Of a stretch of 64,000 nt of DNA, positions 1 to 16,690 are shown in pieces (positions within the stretch are counted from its first letter, which is position 1; each line of letters starts with the position of its first letter). The notes under the pieces were generated by a model. That model saw only the letters and a program-made list of their open reading frames with translations. It was not told the origin of the DNA and made no database searches. The stretch lies in the NCBI RefSeq assembly GCF_009914755.1, contig NC_060948.1. One strand, written 5' to 3'. The stretch comes from the human T2T-CHM13v2.0 reference genome, Homo sapiens. Position numbers and translations under genes: made by a program.

Positions 1-17
1 TTATCTAGAATACTGTT

Positions 18-365
18 TGGGCGTTATGGCTTATGCCTGAAATCACGGCACTTTGGCAGGCTGAGGTGGGAGGATTGCTTGAGTTCAAAACCAGATGGAA
101 ACATAGTGAGACCCCCGTCACAAACAACAACAAAATATATAGCTGGGTGTGATGTCCTGTGCCTCTTCATAGGTAGTATGTTTTTTTAAAAAATGGTGGG
201 ATGGGTGCAGTTGTTCTTGCCTTTAGTCCCAGCTACTCTGGAGGCTGAGGAGAGAGAATTATTTCAGCTCAGAAAGTCAAGGCAGCAGTGAGCTGTGTTT
301 GCACCAGGGCACTCTAGCCTGCATAACAGAGTGAAATCCTGTCTCCAAAATAGAAAATAAAAATA
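18..365 (+). mobile_element. Degenerate AluJ-type SINE with a ~60-bp internal interruption
   Basis: Left-arm motif (ggcttatgcctg...ggctgaggtgggaggattgcttgag), right-arm end (gcagtgagc...gcactctagcctg...gtctcc) and A-rich tail; heavily diverged. Confidence 0.8.
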
Positions 366-888
366 CAATTCTACCCAAGAACTGGAGCCAAGCTGGTATC
401 ATTTATAAAATATGGAATACCGTTTGTGCTTTATATACTTGGGATGTATATTACATTTTCCCCACATCTTTCTGAAGACTTCCCAGTGATCGGATGTCAA
501 AAGTCTATTTTTTGACACTTTTATTTTCTTTGTCTTTTATGAGTCATGTTCCAGGATAAAGTGGGTTTTGGATCAAAATGAAGTTGATTCAGTGACTGGA
601 TTCATCACAAATACACTGAATTGAATTGTGCAAATTACCTAGCTTATAATAATTCGGACATGTGTAAAATTATGAGGATTTTACAAATCATATTCTGTTC
701 CTTTTATTGAATTAAGAACAGAGATTGTTCTTAATTTATCCATGATTGTTGTAGGAATTAGAACTATTAATTGAAAAGCATCCACTAAGGTCACTGACCT
801 TGTCCAGCCACTGATACAGGAGAAATTGTAACTATCATTGTGATTTCCATATGATTTTCCCTATAATTCCCTTTACTTATCAAAGTTA

Positions 889-1165
<277 letters not shown>

Positions 1166-1502
1166 ATTTTTGTTTAAATTAACAAATAATTCCCAATTCA
1201 ATAATGAGTTGAATTATTATATCTTCTCTGTGAATTTCTATACTTTATCCTATGTTGTAGTCACTGATGATAGCCATAAATATTTCTGGTATAAGAAAAT
1301 ACACATACCTCAATTTTCATGAAATTTGACCTAAAAATCTCTGCAGTTGCTTTTAAGGACTAAAGGTGATACCAATATTTTTAAAGCATGAAAGAACAAA
1401 CAAAATCCATATGTAAGACACAATGCAAAAAGAAAGAAGAATAAACACTATTATCTGTGTTAGTATTATCTTAGGAGAAAATTCAATGCAGTTACCTATT
1501 TC

Positions 1503-1550
<48 letters not shown>
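1503..1550 (+). repeat. (TTA)16 microsatellite forming the L1 tail; probably Y-STR DYS718
   Basis: 16 perfect units counted; flanks ggagaaaattcaatgcagttacc and taaatgtgccaagctggtgt match primers as I recall them (unverified). Confidence 0.75.
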
Positions 1551-1552
<2 letters not shown>

Positions 1553-1750
1553 CTTTACGTTTTAGGGTACATATGCACAATATGCAGGTTAGTTACAAAT
1601 GTATAAATGTGCCAAGCTGGTGTGCTGCTTCCATTAACTCGTCATTTAGCATTAGGTATATCCCTAATGCTATCCCTCCCCCATCCCCCCACCCCACAAC
1701 AGTCCACAGAGTGTGATGTTCCCCTTCCTGTGTCCATGTGTTCTCATTGT

Positions 1751-5484
<3,734 letters not shown>

Positions 5485-5546
5485 TATGATGTTAGCTGGT
5501 TATTTTGCTCGTTAGTGATGCAGTTTCTTCCTAGCCTTGATGGTAT

Positions 5547-6563
5547 TTAAAATTTGGCATGATTTTGCAGCAGCTGGTATCGGTTGTTCCTTTCCATGTT
5601 TAGTGCTTCCTTCAGGAGCTCTTTTAGGGCAGGACTGGTGGTGACAAAATCTCTCAGCATTTGCTTGTCTGTAAAGTATTTTATTTCTCCTTCACTTATG
5701 AAGCTTAGTTTGGCTGGATATGAAATTCAGGGTTGAAAGTTCTTTTTTTTAAGAATGTTGAATATTGACCCCCAATCTCTTCTGGCTTGTAGACTTTCTG
5801 CCGAGAGATCCGCTGTTAATCTGATGGGCTTCCCTTTGAGGGTAACCTGACCTGTCTGTCTGGCTGCGCTTAACATTTTTTCCTTCATTTCAACTTTAGT
5901 GAATCGGACAATTAGGTGTCTTGGAATTGCTCTTCTCGAGGAGTATCTTTGTTGTGTTCTGTGTATTTTCTGAATCTGAATGTTGGCCTGCCTTGCTAGA
6001 TTCGGGAAGTTCTCCTGCATAACTTCCTGCAGAGTGTTTTCCAACTTGGTTCCATTCTCCCCGTCACTTTCAGGTACACCAATTAGATGTAGATTTGGTA
6101 TTTTCACATAGTCTCATGTTTCTTGGAGGCTGTGTTTTTTTCTTTTTATTCTTTTTTCTCTAATCTTTCCTTCTCGCTTCATTTCATTCATTTTATCTTC
6201 CATCGCTGATACCTTTTCTACCAGTTGATCGCATAGGCTTCTGCAGCTTCTGCATTCTTCACGTAGTTCTTGAGCCTTGGCTTTCAGCTCCATCATCTCC
6301 TTTAAGCACTTCTCTGTATTGGTTATTCTAGTTATACAGTAGTCTAAATTTTTTACAAAGTTTTTATCTTCTTTGCCTTTGGTTTGAATTTCCTCCTGTA
6401 GCTCGGAATAGTTTGATTGTCTGAAGCTTTCTTCTCTCAACTCATCAAAGTCATTCTCCATCCAGCTTTATTCCATTGCTGGTGAGGAACTGCATTCTTT
6501 TGGATGAGGGGAGGTGCTCTGCTTTTTAGAGTTTCCAGTTTTTCTACTCTGTTTTTTCCCCAT
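5547..6563 (-). pseudogene. LINE-1 ORF1 (RNA-binding protein), disrupted
   Basis: Fragments MGKKQSRKTGNSK, MENDFDELREE, NLHLIGVPESDGENGTKLENTL, GKPIRLTADLSAE; span of 1017 bp. Confidence 0.95.
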
Positions 6564-7597
6564 CTTTGTGGTTTTATCTACTTTTGGTCTTTGATGATGG
6601 TGATGTACAGATGGGTTTTTGGTGTGGATGTCCTTTCTGTTTGTTAGTTTTCTTTCTAACATACAGGACCCTCAGCTGCAGGTCTGTTGGAGTTTGCTAG
6701 AGGTCCCCTCCAGACCCTGTTTGCCTGGGTACCAGCAGCGGTGGCTGCAGAACAGCGGATTTTCATGAACTGTGAATGCTGCTGTCTGATCGTTCCTCTG
6801 GAAGTTTTGTCTTAGTGGAGTACCTGACCATGTGAGGTGTCAGTCTGACCCTACTGGGGGGTATCTCCCAGTTAGGCTGCTTGGGGGTCAGTGGTCAGGG
6901 ACCCACTTGAGGAGGCAGTCTGCCCATTCTCAGATCTCAAGCTGCGTGCTGGGAGAACCACTGCTCTCTTCACAGCTGTCAGACAGGGACATTTAAGTCT
7001 GCAGAGGTTACTGCTGCCTTTTTGTTTGTCTGTGCCCTGCCCCCAGAGATGGAGCCTACAGAGGCAGGCAGGCTTCCTTGAGCTGTGGTGGGTTCCACCC
7101 AGTTCCAGTTTCCCAGCTGGTTTGTTTACCTAAGCAAGCCTGGGCAATGGCGGGTGCCCCTCCCACAGCCTCACTGCCTTGAAGTTTGATCTCAGACTGT
7201 TGTGATAGCAATCAGTGAGACTCCATGGGCATAGGACCCTCCGAGCCATGTGTGGGATATAATCTCCTGGTGCACCGTCTTTTAAGCCTGTCGGAAAAGT
7301 GCAGTATTAGGGTGGGAGTGACCCAGTTTTCCAGGTGCCGTCTGTCTCCCCTTTCTTTGACTAGGAAAGGGAACTCCCTGACCCCTTACACTTCCCAAGT
7401 GAAGCAATGCCTCACCCTGCTTGGGCTCATGCACAGTGTGCTGCACACACTGTCCTGCACCCACTGTCTGGCACTCCCTATTAAGCTGAACCTGTTACCT
7501 CAGATGGAAATGCAGAAATCACCCATCTTCTGCATTGCTCAAGCTGGGAGCTGTAGACCGGAGCTGCTCCTATTTGGCCATCTTGGCTCCAGCCCCC
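6564..7597 (-). promoter_or_regulatory. L1 5'UTR internal promoter with YY1 site and retained ~129-bp ZNF93-bound segment
   Basis: YY1 core (revcomp AAGATGGC) near 7577-7586; segment 6691-6820 that is absent from L1PA2/L1HS is present. Confidence 0.8.
7147..7360 (+). pseudogene. LINE-1 antisense ORF0 remnant, with premature stops
   Basis: ATG at 7147 gives MAGAPPTASLP*; same frame continues as ...GPSEPCVGYNLLVHRLLSLSEKCSIRVGVTQFSRC, matching ORF0. Confidence 0.85.
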
Positions 7598-9095
7598 ACA
7601 GATACCTATTTCTAATGCAGGGTTTTGTGACAACAAAAGGAATTGTACATGTACAATGTACAATCTCCACAAGTACAAATGAATAATTGTACAACTTCCA
7701 AAATTCCATTTAGCCTATATATGACAACTAGAGGAATTACTGAGTTGATAAATGTTATAGTGTGGAGTAAAAATTCTGCAGATTATGTGCCTAATACATT
7801 ACCTGGTTTAATGTTTACAAATGTTTAGAAATGCTGTAAATGTTTATATATTCTATAAATGTTTATAAATTATAGTTTATAAAGTCAAAAGCTTAAGGCA
7901 GAAATTAAGTTTCAGTATCTGCTGTGAGTTGAACTGTGTGATTTCTTTCCTTTTTCTTTCTGCAAAAATGATCACAACCAAAACGGCACATGTAAATTTC
8001 CTGACATTTAGTCATTAGAAATTGCTTTGTACTTCATTTTAATATCTGACATATAATCCATAATGTCACAGAATATGGCAGATTTTGGGGTCTCCCCCTT
8101 GTTTAGTATTTTATTTATAAAATAAAATTTTGGAAGTTGTATTTTATATATGGTCTAATGAACAATTTGAACTCTGAGTAAACTTTTTGATGTTCAAGTT
8201 TACCTTGCACTTTATATGTTAGAAGTTCTGAAATATGCTATGAGAATCCCCTTCCAGGGTAAGTCCCAAAATTCCTTGATAGATGCAGATTCTCAATGAA
8301 GCCAACATTAAGCTACTTCCAGGGACCTACCGGGTCCACCTTCCAAGCTGCTTGGTTCTAATGAGGCCGAGGCCATGTGTGCCATACAGTGGTTCCTCAC
8401 AGCTGCCTCTCTGATCACCTAAGTCAGCTCCCCTTTTATATCTCACACAAGTGGCTTTAACTCAAAGAACATAAGTTTGACATCTGACTGGAAGATTAGC
8501 TGGAAAAAAATGTAAGTTTAGGTTTCTGAGCTGTTCAGTCAAGAAGAAAAGAAGGAGATCATAATAAACATTTAGAGATTAATACATGTTCAAAGAGACA
8601 ACTCAAGTTTTCATCCACAGCTAGAGGTACCTTTTGCACCTTCTGTGACTGCAGAAGCCAGATATTAATGAAAAGTCACAGCTGGTCAGACTAGGGATCA
8701 ATGTCATGCTCACTTCACAGCTTCTATTCAGACACATGACTTATCTTTACTCAGAAACAAATCATTACAAATGCTGGTGCCTGCTGTACAGCTATTGTGG
8801 CAGCAAATGTCTTTTTTTATTTTCTTCCCATTTCTTTATTCTCTATCTCAATAAGCAACAATCCCTACAAGCAGCTGACTTTCATATAACAGAGTCAGCA
8901 TTACATATTTACCAACTTGGCAACATTCAGGCTCTGTGTGTCCATATGGATCTTAGAAGTATTTTCACTACCTCACTATCTCACAATTGGTCAGCTACAT
9001 TGATGCTGATGGAGCTGGAAGCTTAGTAGGTAGCAATATTTGAGGTACATGTGTAAAGATTGATGCTTGCCACAGAATGGATGATAAAGACTAAG

Positions 9096-9452
9096 TCTTT
9101 GTTATCAAATACCACAGACTAGGTGGATTAAAAAAAAAAAAACAGAAATTTGTTTTTTCATAGTCCTGGAGGCTGGAATTCTAAGATCAAGGTATGGGCT
9201 GCTCTGTTTCCTCCTAAGGCCTCCCTCCTGGACTTGCAGACTCTATCTTCTCCCTGTGTCCTCACATGGTTGTCCCTCTCTGTTTGTGCCCTAATCTTTT
9301 TATAAGGACACCTGTCCTGTAGGATTAGGGCCCATCCTAATGATCTCATTTAAGCTTAATTATCTCTTAAAAAGCCCTGTCTTTAAATACAGTCCCCTCG
9401 GGGGTAAGAGCTTCAACATGAATTTTAGGGAGACACAAAGCAGCCCATACCA
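9096..9452 (-). mobile_element. MLT1-family (ERVL-MaLR) solo LTR
   Basis: aaataccacagactaggtgg...aacagaaattt...ggaggctggaattctaagatcaagg...ggattagggcccatcctaatgatctcatttaa. Confidence 0.8.
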
Positions 9453-10105
9453 GTCCATGAAAGGTCAGTATTCTAAACGCTCTGTGAAATATCTTATCAT
9501 CCACAACCATGCAGCATACCCTTCATTTCACCTGGAAGTAAAAGTGAACAGAAATTCGTATTCTTACTACTATACACGCTGGCAGACTTTGCTTGGTGCC
9601 CAGTGGGAGAAAAGCTTACCACTTGTTTTGTTTACAGAACAAACACCTTTTGCTTGTAAGCTCTGTCACCCAGCAGATTTACTGTTGTGTTAAGTGCATA
9701 TAACAGATCATGATTCTGATAGGATTAGTAGAAAGCCCCACTAGGATCATTATAATTAAATCTCTCATTTGTGTAAGGAAATGTTATGCCATCTTTGCAG
9801 TCTTCTCATTTTGGATAAAAGCTGCCTGCTTTTTAAAGGGTCCTGGTAGAGATTGTTCAGCTCACTATCAGAGTCCTGTTGTCAGTCATGCATCTTGAGG
9901 TACACATCAGAAAGTGGGTGTTTTCCATCCCAAGAAAGAAGTGAGCCCATGGACACCATTATGAAGGGGAATTAGCTGTATAAAGTAGGGATCAGACAAG
10001 TCTAGCAGACATAAATTGTTTGAAAAAGCAAAATGTTCACATTTACCAATGTGCCTTCTCTTGCATGTGACCTCCTCATTACCACAAGGAAAGATAAAAA
10101 TGATC

Positions 10106-11092
10106 ATGTGTTTCTCCAGTGAAACAGAACTAATAGGAGATAAGTAATTGGATAGATGAACACACGGATAGCTAGCTAGATGGATGGATGGATGGATGAA
10201 TGGATAGATGGATGGATGGATGGATGAATCATAGATGGATAGATGAATGAATAAATGAATGAATGAATGGAAAGATGGATGAATGACTAAACAGACAGAC
10301 AGATAGGTGATGAATAGATAGATAGTATGATAGATATTCTTTATTATAATAAGTGTCTCACATGGTTATAGAGGCTTAGAAGTCCCACAACCTGCTGACT
10401 GGAAACTGAGAACCAGAAAACCCTGTAATGTAATTCAGTCCAAGTCTGAAGGTGATGATATCTGAGGTCAGGAGGAAATGGATATTCTAGCTTAAAAATA
10501 GAGACTGAATTCACCCTTCCTCTGGCATTTTGTTCCGGCTGGACACTCAACAAACTGGATGAGGCCTATTGACTCTGGTGAGGGTGGATCTTCTTTACCC
10601 ACTGTGTCAGTCTTCTCTCACACTGCTATAGGGATGTATCAAAGACTAGGTAATTTATAAAGGAAAAAGGTATAATTAACTCCCAGTTCTACATGCCTGG
10701 GGAGGCCTCACAATCATGATGGAAGTTGAATGAGGAGAAAAGTCACATCTTACATTGCAGGAGAAAAGACTGTATGCAGGGAAACTCCCCCTTATAAAAC
10801 CATCAGATCTCATGAAACTTACTATCACAAGAATGACATGGGAAAGACCTGGATGTCATGATTCAATTACTTCCCAGCAGGTCCCTCCCACAACTCTCAG
10901 GAATTATGGGAGCTATAATTCAAGGATGAGTTTAAGGTGGGAACACAGTGAAACCATATCACCCAGTCTACTGATTCTAATGCTAATGTCTTCCAGAAAC
11001 ACTCTCAGAGACGCTCACAAATAATGTTTTACCAGCTGTCTGTGCATCCGTTAGGTCAGCTAAGCTGACACATTCAATTAGCCATTACATCA
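10106..11092 (-). mobile_element. MLT2-family (ERVL) LTR with expanded GGAT/GAAT/GATA tract, interrupted by THE1
   Basis: ttctccagtgaaacagaactaatagga start; agaagtcccacaacctgc; end aagctgacacattcaattagccattaca. Confidence 0.8.
10603..10961 (-). mobile_element. THE1-family solo LTR inserted in the MLT2 LTR
   Basis: tgt...aaaccatatca termini; 5-bp TSD cccac (10598-10602) / cccag (10962-10966). Confidence 0.88.
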
Positions 11093-11608
11093 GGTAACAA
11101 AGAAATGACATATTTACACCAGATTTAGATAGAAAGACATACTCTACAAATCATGCTTACATTATTAGGACCATTTTATTGCTCCAAAACAATGAGATAT
11201 GAGGAGATAAAATGATGCTTATTGCAGTGTAGCAACAGAATGGATGTTCAGAAGGACAACTGGGTGTTTACTGGAACAAATAAAACCTACCTGCAGCCAG
11301 AGAAACATCACAGGTGGCATATAGAGAAGTAATAATTAGATCAATTCCTAGATTTTTCATCAGTAACATTAAGAAGTCATACAATGCAAATGATGAAAGA
11401 AATTTTCTGTCAATATAAAATTCAAAAACAGTAAAGAATATCCTTCAAAACATTGTACCAGTAAGTGCACGTTTAAACAGAAAAGTCCTGAGACAGTGTA
11501 TCCGCCATGGTAGCATAATAGAAATTTTATGAGTGGGAGAAATGGATGACAGTAAAATGAAAACATTGCAATGTGTATACTCAGAAACAAGGAAAGATAG
11601 ATAGATGA

Positions 11609-11625
11609 TAGATAGATAGATAGAC

Positions 11626-11708
<83 letters not shown>
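11609..11708 (+). repeat. Y-STR DYS390: [TAGA]4 CAGA [TAGA]12 [CAGA]8 = 25 repeats
   Basis: Units counted directly. The compound structure and the flanks tgacagtaaaatgaaaacattgc and ggcccaaaaatgtgtaaaatata match the classic DYS390 amplicon as I recall it. Confidence 0.93.
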
Positions 11709-12125
11709 TAGATAGAATATATTATGGGGTACCAAAATGCAGGGCCCAAAAATGTGTAAAATATATGTGTGAATGTAATAAACCTAATATCCATGGATTA
11801 CGATGTTCTGTGATATTGAAGTCTGTCTTCTGAAACATGTATGATTCAGAAACATCATTTCCCATCCCATCCCCTTTATTTTTCATTTATTGGTTCACTT
11901 GGCTATCATTTTGTACACAGACCAATACTGGAGTCTCTGTCCTCAAAATATCTTTCTAACTGTTATGCATTAGGGGAGAACCTTTGGATAACCATATGTT
12001 CCAGGTACCTGGGCCAATTCTGGTGTATACCTCTTGTTCCAGCATAAGAGGTAATAGTTATTTCTCTCCAACAGGTGTTCCAGTATGTATATTACAAATT
12101 CATTCTGTGGAAAAACACCAGGATT

Positions 12126-12535
12126 GACCGGGTGAGGTGGCTCACACCTATAATCCCAGCACTTTGGGAGGCTGAGGTCGGTGGATCACGAGGTCAGGAG
12201 TTCGAGACCAGACTGGCCCACATAGCGAAACCTTGTCTCTACTAAAAATACAAAAATTAGCCGGGCATTGTGTTGTATGCCTGTAATCCCAGCCACTCAG
12301 GAAGCCAAGGCAGGAGAATTGCCTGAACTGGGGAGACAGAGGTTGCAGTGAGCCAAGATCATGCCCCTGCACTCCAGCCTGGGTGATAGAGGGAGGCTTC
12401 TTCTCAGAAAAAAAAAGAAAAGAAAAGGGAAGGGAAGGGAAGGGAAGGGAAGGGAAGGGAAGGGAAGGGAAGGGAAAGGAAGAGAAGGGAAGGGAAAGGA
12501 GAAGCAAAGCAAAGCAAAGCAAAGCAAAGCAAAGA
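12126..12535 (+). mobile_element. AluS SINE whose tail has become (GGGAA)n then (GCAAA)n
   Basis: Full dimer 12126-~12406; pentanucleotide tracts 12427-12533. Confidence 0.92.
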
Positions 12536-12744
12536 TGAAAAACACAAACATTAACTTTGCAATTCCAAATGGTTGAAATCAAATCCCTTCAGTTTATCTG
12601 GGACTCATTAAAAACTGTTAGAATTTTAGATGAAATCGACTAGGCTGGCCAGACTCAATAGCTCATGCCCGTAGTTTCAGCATTTTGGGAGGTCAAAGTG
12701 GGAGAATTGCTTGAAACCAGGAGTTTGAGAACAGACTAGACAAC

Positions 12745-13880
12745 TGTACTAGTCCTTTCTCATGCTACTAATAAAGACATGCCCAAGACTGGGTAATGTA
12801 TAAAGAAAAGAGGTTTATTGGCTGCATAAATGTCTTCTTTTGAGAAGTGGCTGTTCATGTCCTTTGCCCACATTTTTATGGGCTTGTTTTTTTCTTGTAA
12901 ATTTGTTTGAGTTCATTGTAGATTCTGGATATTAGCCGTTTGTCAGATGAGTAGGTTGCGAAAATTTTCTTCAACCATTGTGGAAGTCAGTGTGGTGATT
13001 CTTCAGGGATCTAGAACTAGAAATACCATTTGACCCAGCCATCCCATTACTGGGTATATACCCAAAGGACTATAAATCATGCTGCTATAAAGACACATGC
13101 ACACGTATGTTTATTGCAGCACTATTCACAATAGCAAAGACTTGGAACCAACCCAAATGTCCAACAATGATAGACTGGATTAAGAAAATGTGGCACATAT
13201 ACACCATGGAATACTATCCAGCCATAAAAAATGATGAGTTCATGTCCTTTGTAGTGACATGGATGAAATTGGAAATCATGATTCTCAGTAAACTATTGCA
13301 AGAACAAAAAACCAAACACCGCATATTCTCCCTCATAGGTGGGAACTGAACAATGAGAACACATGGACACAGGAAGGGGAACATCACACTCTGGGGAATG
13401 TTGTGGGGTTGGGGGAGGAGGGAGGGGTAGCAATGGGAGATATACCTAATGCTAGATGACAAGTTAGTGGGTGCAGCGCACCAGCATGGCACATGTATAT
13501 ATGTAACTAACCTGCACGTTGTGCACATGTACCCTAAAACTTAAAGTACAATAATAAAAAAAAAAGAAAGAAAGAAAAAAAAAAAAGAGGTTTAATTGAC
13601 AGTTCCATGTGGCTGGGGAGGCCTCAGGAAACTTACAGTCATGGTGCAGGGGGAAGCAAACACATCCTCCTTCACATGGTGGCAGCAAGAAGTCCAGATC
13701 AATTGTGAGAAAAGTCCCTATAAAACCATCAGATCTTGTGAAAACTCACTCACTATCACAAGAACAGCATGAGTGTAACCCGTCATTAAATTACATTCCA
13801 CCAGGTCTCTCCCAGGGCATGGGATTATGAGAATTACAATTCTAGATAGATTTGGGTGGGGACACAGTCAAACCATATCA
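12745..13880 (-). mobile_element. THE1/MST-family solo LTR split by an L1 insertion
   Basis: tgtactagtcc...aaaagaggttta | L1 | attgacagttccatgtggctggggaggcctcagg...aaaccatatca; degenerate 5-bp TSD acaac/gaaac. Confidence 0.9.
12818..13582 (+). mobile_element. 5'-truncated, 5'-inverted young L1 (L1PA2-like)
   Basis: 12818-12970 antisense ORF2; 12971-13582 sense ORF2 end, 3'UTR (gctagatgac..gttagtgggtgcagcgc) and polyA; TSD aaaagaggttta 12806-12817 / 13583-13594. Confidence 0.93.
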
Positions 13881-14146
13881 GAAACATAGCAAGACCCATT
13901 CTCTACAAAAATACAAAAACTAGCTGCTTGTGGTGGCTCATGTCTGTAGTCCGAGCTACCTGGTAGGAAGGTGAAGTGGGAGGATCACTTGAGCCCAGGA
14001 GGCAGAGGTTGGAGTGAGCTGGGTTCACACCACTGCACTCCAGCATGAGCGACAGAGAGAGATCCTGCCCCAAAAAATACATACATAAATAAATAAATAA
14101 TTAATTAGTGAGGCAGAATATGGTCCCTCTTAATGTTGCCTGTATA

Positions 14147-14147
<1 letters not shown>

Positions 14148-14189
<42 letters not shown>
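14148..14189 (+). repeat. (CA)~21 microsatellite
   Basis: Direct reading. Confidence 0.95.
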
Positions 14190-14194
<5 letters not shown>

Positions 14195-14908
14195 TTTCTA
14201 CCACCAAAGCCTCTCACCACTCTCATTACTGAATGAAGAAATAGACTATGAAGAAGAGGACCTTCATCATTTGATCATAGTAATATAAGCCTATCTTGTG
14301 GCCAAAAACTAGCTGTCATACCCCAGACAAAAGATTCTTAGTTGCATGAGTTGGACTTCAAACTATCTCCAAGTTCCATACGTCCTTTTCAGTGTAAGAA
14401 ACTTATCATTATTTTTCCTTCACAAATTTAGATATACATTCCAAATATTTTAAAGGAAGGAAAGTGGTTATTTTTAAACCTTTTTTATTACAGGGAAATT
14501 GAATCAAAATAGTAGGCAGCAATGTAAAATGATTTGTCTGAAAGAGGTTTTAATAAAACATGTGGCATTAGTAACAGCAATAGCTGTGAAAGCTTTTTTG
14601 AGTAATTCTTGACAATTCCATACCACAAAGTCCAGCTCCTCTTCCTTTGCTGCAGAGCTTTTTAAAGTCAGACATGAATCAGAGTTCTAGAAGCACTGAT
14701 ACCAGTTGGTGAAGTCCTGTGACATGTTTTATTATTCTGCTTGGAAAAGAAAAAGGACCCTTAAAATAGAAATTGGTGAGAGGACCACTCATCAGTGCTC
14801 AGCTAGTATTACTCTATGAATTATGCACGTAATTTTCTTTATAGGTTTTACATAATCGTCCCATTTTGAGCAAAAATGTGAACTGACCAGCAAAAATGTT
14901 AAACATCC

Positions 14909-14943
14909 AAAAAAAAAAGAAAGGAAGAAAGGAAGAAGAACGA

Positions 14944-14991
<48 letters not shown>

Positions 14992-15026
14992 AAAAGAGAA
15001 AGAAAAGAAAGAAAGAGAGAAAGAAA
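14909..15026 (+). repeat. GAAA-rich STR with a (GAAA)13 core at 14942-14993
   Basis: Direct reading. Confidence 0.95.
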
Positions 15027-16499
15027 GCTGAACACAGTATTAAGGGAAACAACTTGAATGAATTTCTGAGTTTGGGATTGCAATCTTGTAGGTCTCAGAC
15101 AACATTGCTGGTTGGCAGAGGGTTCACAGTCTGCGATTAATTTATAATATATCAAAGCTGCATGAGTCTGTATGAATACATACAACTGGTGTCCATGGTT
15201 TCTGCTCACTTCTACAAGACTCGATGTCCTTAGGAGAGCAAACTGATACTTTTATATATGCTTAATTAACATGATAGGAAAAGCTTTTATTTTTTCCCTA
15301 TTCAATATATCCTTATAATTAGACACTACTACAATTAATTTTTCACCTGTAAAGTAATAGCTTTTGTTTAAAGCTAGATAATTAAATCTGAATACAATTT
15401 GTGGTTGCAGAATCTAGAAAAACAAGACCCCCCTTTTAAATTTATGCATTAGTTTATTTTATAAAAATATACTCTAAACATTATAAACTCATTTCTAGAA
15501 TGTTTGCCTATTTGCTTGAAATGTATTGGATAATATATTCCATTTCACAGGATACTATTTCTTCTCAGATCTCTATTTTGGTTTTACATAGATTTGTTTC
15601 CAGTTTAAAAAAATCATTCAGTTAAAGTAATGATGGCTTCTTATTTCTAGCAGAAAGAATAACATTTATCTAAAACAAATTTTATAAAATACAAAAATAG
15701 CATTTATTTCATTGAGTAAACAAACTTTTTTATATTTTAAGATAAATCTCAAGTACCAAACTTTTAGAATCTGAACATTTCATTATTTGTACATCAAAAT
15801 AACATTATGTAAAAATTCCATGTAAAAATATATTATACCCTGAAAGTCTAACAAAACCACTTAGTCACTCTTTTGCACTAAATAACATATAGATAGGTTT
15901 TTAATCTTGCAATTATGTAATAAAATAAGGGTGTCTATCCTGTAAACAAACCAAGATGAGTTATTTTGACTCCAAGGAAATGAGATGTTTTAAAATAAAT
16001 GTAATTATTTGTTGGAGATAAATGAACATGACACTCAAAAAAACCTTTAATTTTCTGATCTCCCTTGTCATTTTGTGTCATGCGTTTAATGAGAAGAGCT
16101 GATAGATGTCAAATTTTCTAGATGCTCATAAGACTGAATAATACAGTGGGTTTTTTTTTTAACCTGAAGTATTTTAGTAAATGAATTCAGGTCACAAAGC
16201 TTCCATTGTGTTTGCCATTTATAGTAACAGAGGCCGATACTGTATGTGAATTGAAGTTCTGCTTATTTTTTTAACCTGTACAGGTAATAATAATAATTGT
16301 TATTATATACAACACAATTAATAATCATTATTATACAAATGTATAATTGCATTATATAAGGATATATTATACAATGACAAATAATATAATTATAACATAA
16401 TATATTGTATTACATAAGTATCTGTAATATAATACACATAATAATATAACAATATTATATACTTACATATGATGATCATTATAGAAACAACAAATATCT

Positions 16500-16690
16500 C
16501 TTGAACATTTATCTTATACTCGTCGTTTCAAAGTATGTTATATGAATTTGCACTTTTAATCTTCACTACAAATATATAAGGTGAAGGAAAGTATAGTTCA
16601 AATTTAAAAATAAGAAAACATAGAAACAGAGAGCTAGATAAACTGCTGGAGATACCGACCTTCATCACATACAGAGATTTGATATCATAA
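16500..16690 (-). mobile_element. Degenerate MIR fragment following an AT-rich low-complexity tract
   Basis: tttaatcttcactacaaa...aagaaaacatagaaacagagag resembles the MIR core. Confidence 0.45.

Larger units (their letters stand above)
12647..14103 (+). mobile_element. AluJ split into 12647-12744 and 13886-14103 by a THE1 LTR
   Basis: Left piece ends ...gactagacaac; right piece resumes atagcaagacc...; (TAAA)n tail. Confidence 0.88.

Noticed and set aside
710-736. 11-bp perfect inverted repeat aattaagaaca/tgttcttaatt; similar hairpins at 16800-16828 and ~36916-36934
   Set aside because: Short AT-rich stems are expected by chance in 64 kb of AT-rich DNA; no supporting context
7225-7686. 153-aa ORF as an ORF0-derived gene
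   Set aside because: The true ORF0 start (7147) is followed by two in-frame TGA stops; the ORF is the downstream remnant running through the 5'UTR
12148-12582. Alu- and STR-derived ORFs (LECSG, AHCNL, YLSI, KERK, CIALH motifs), here and throughout the window
   Set aside because: Standard translations of Alu and microsatellite sequence
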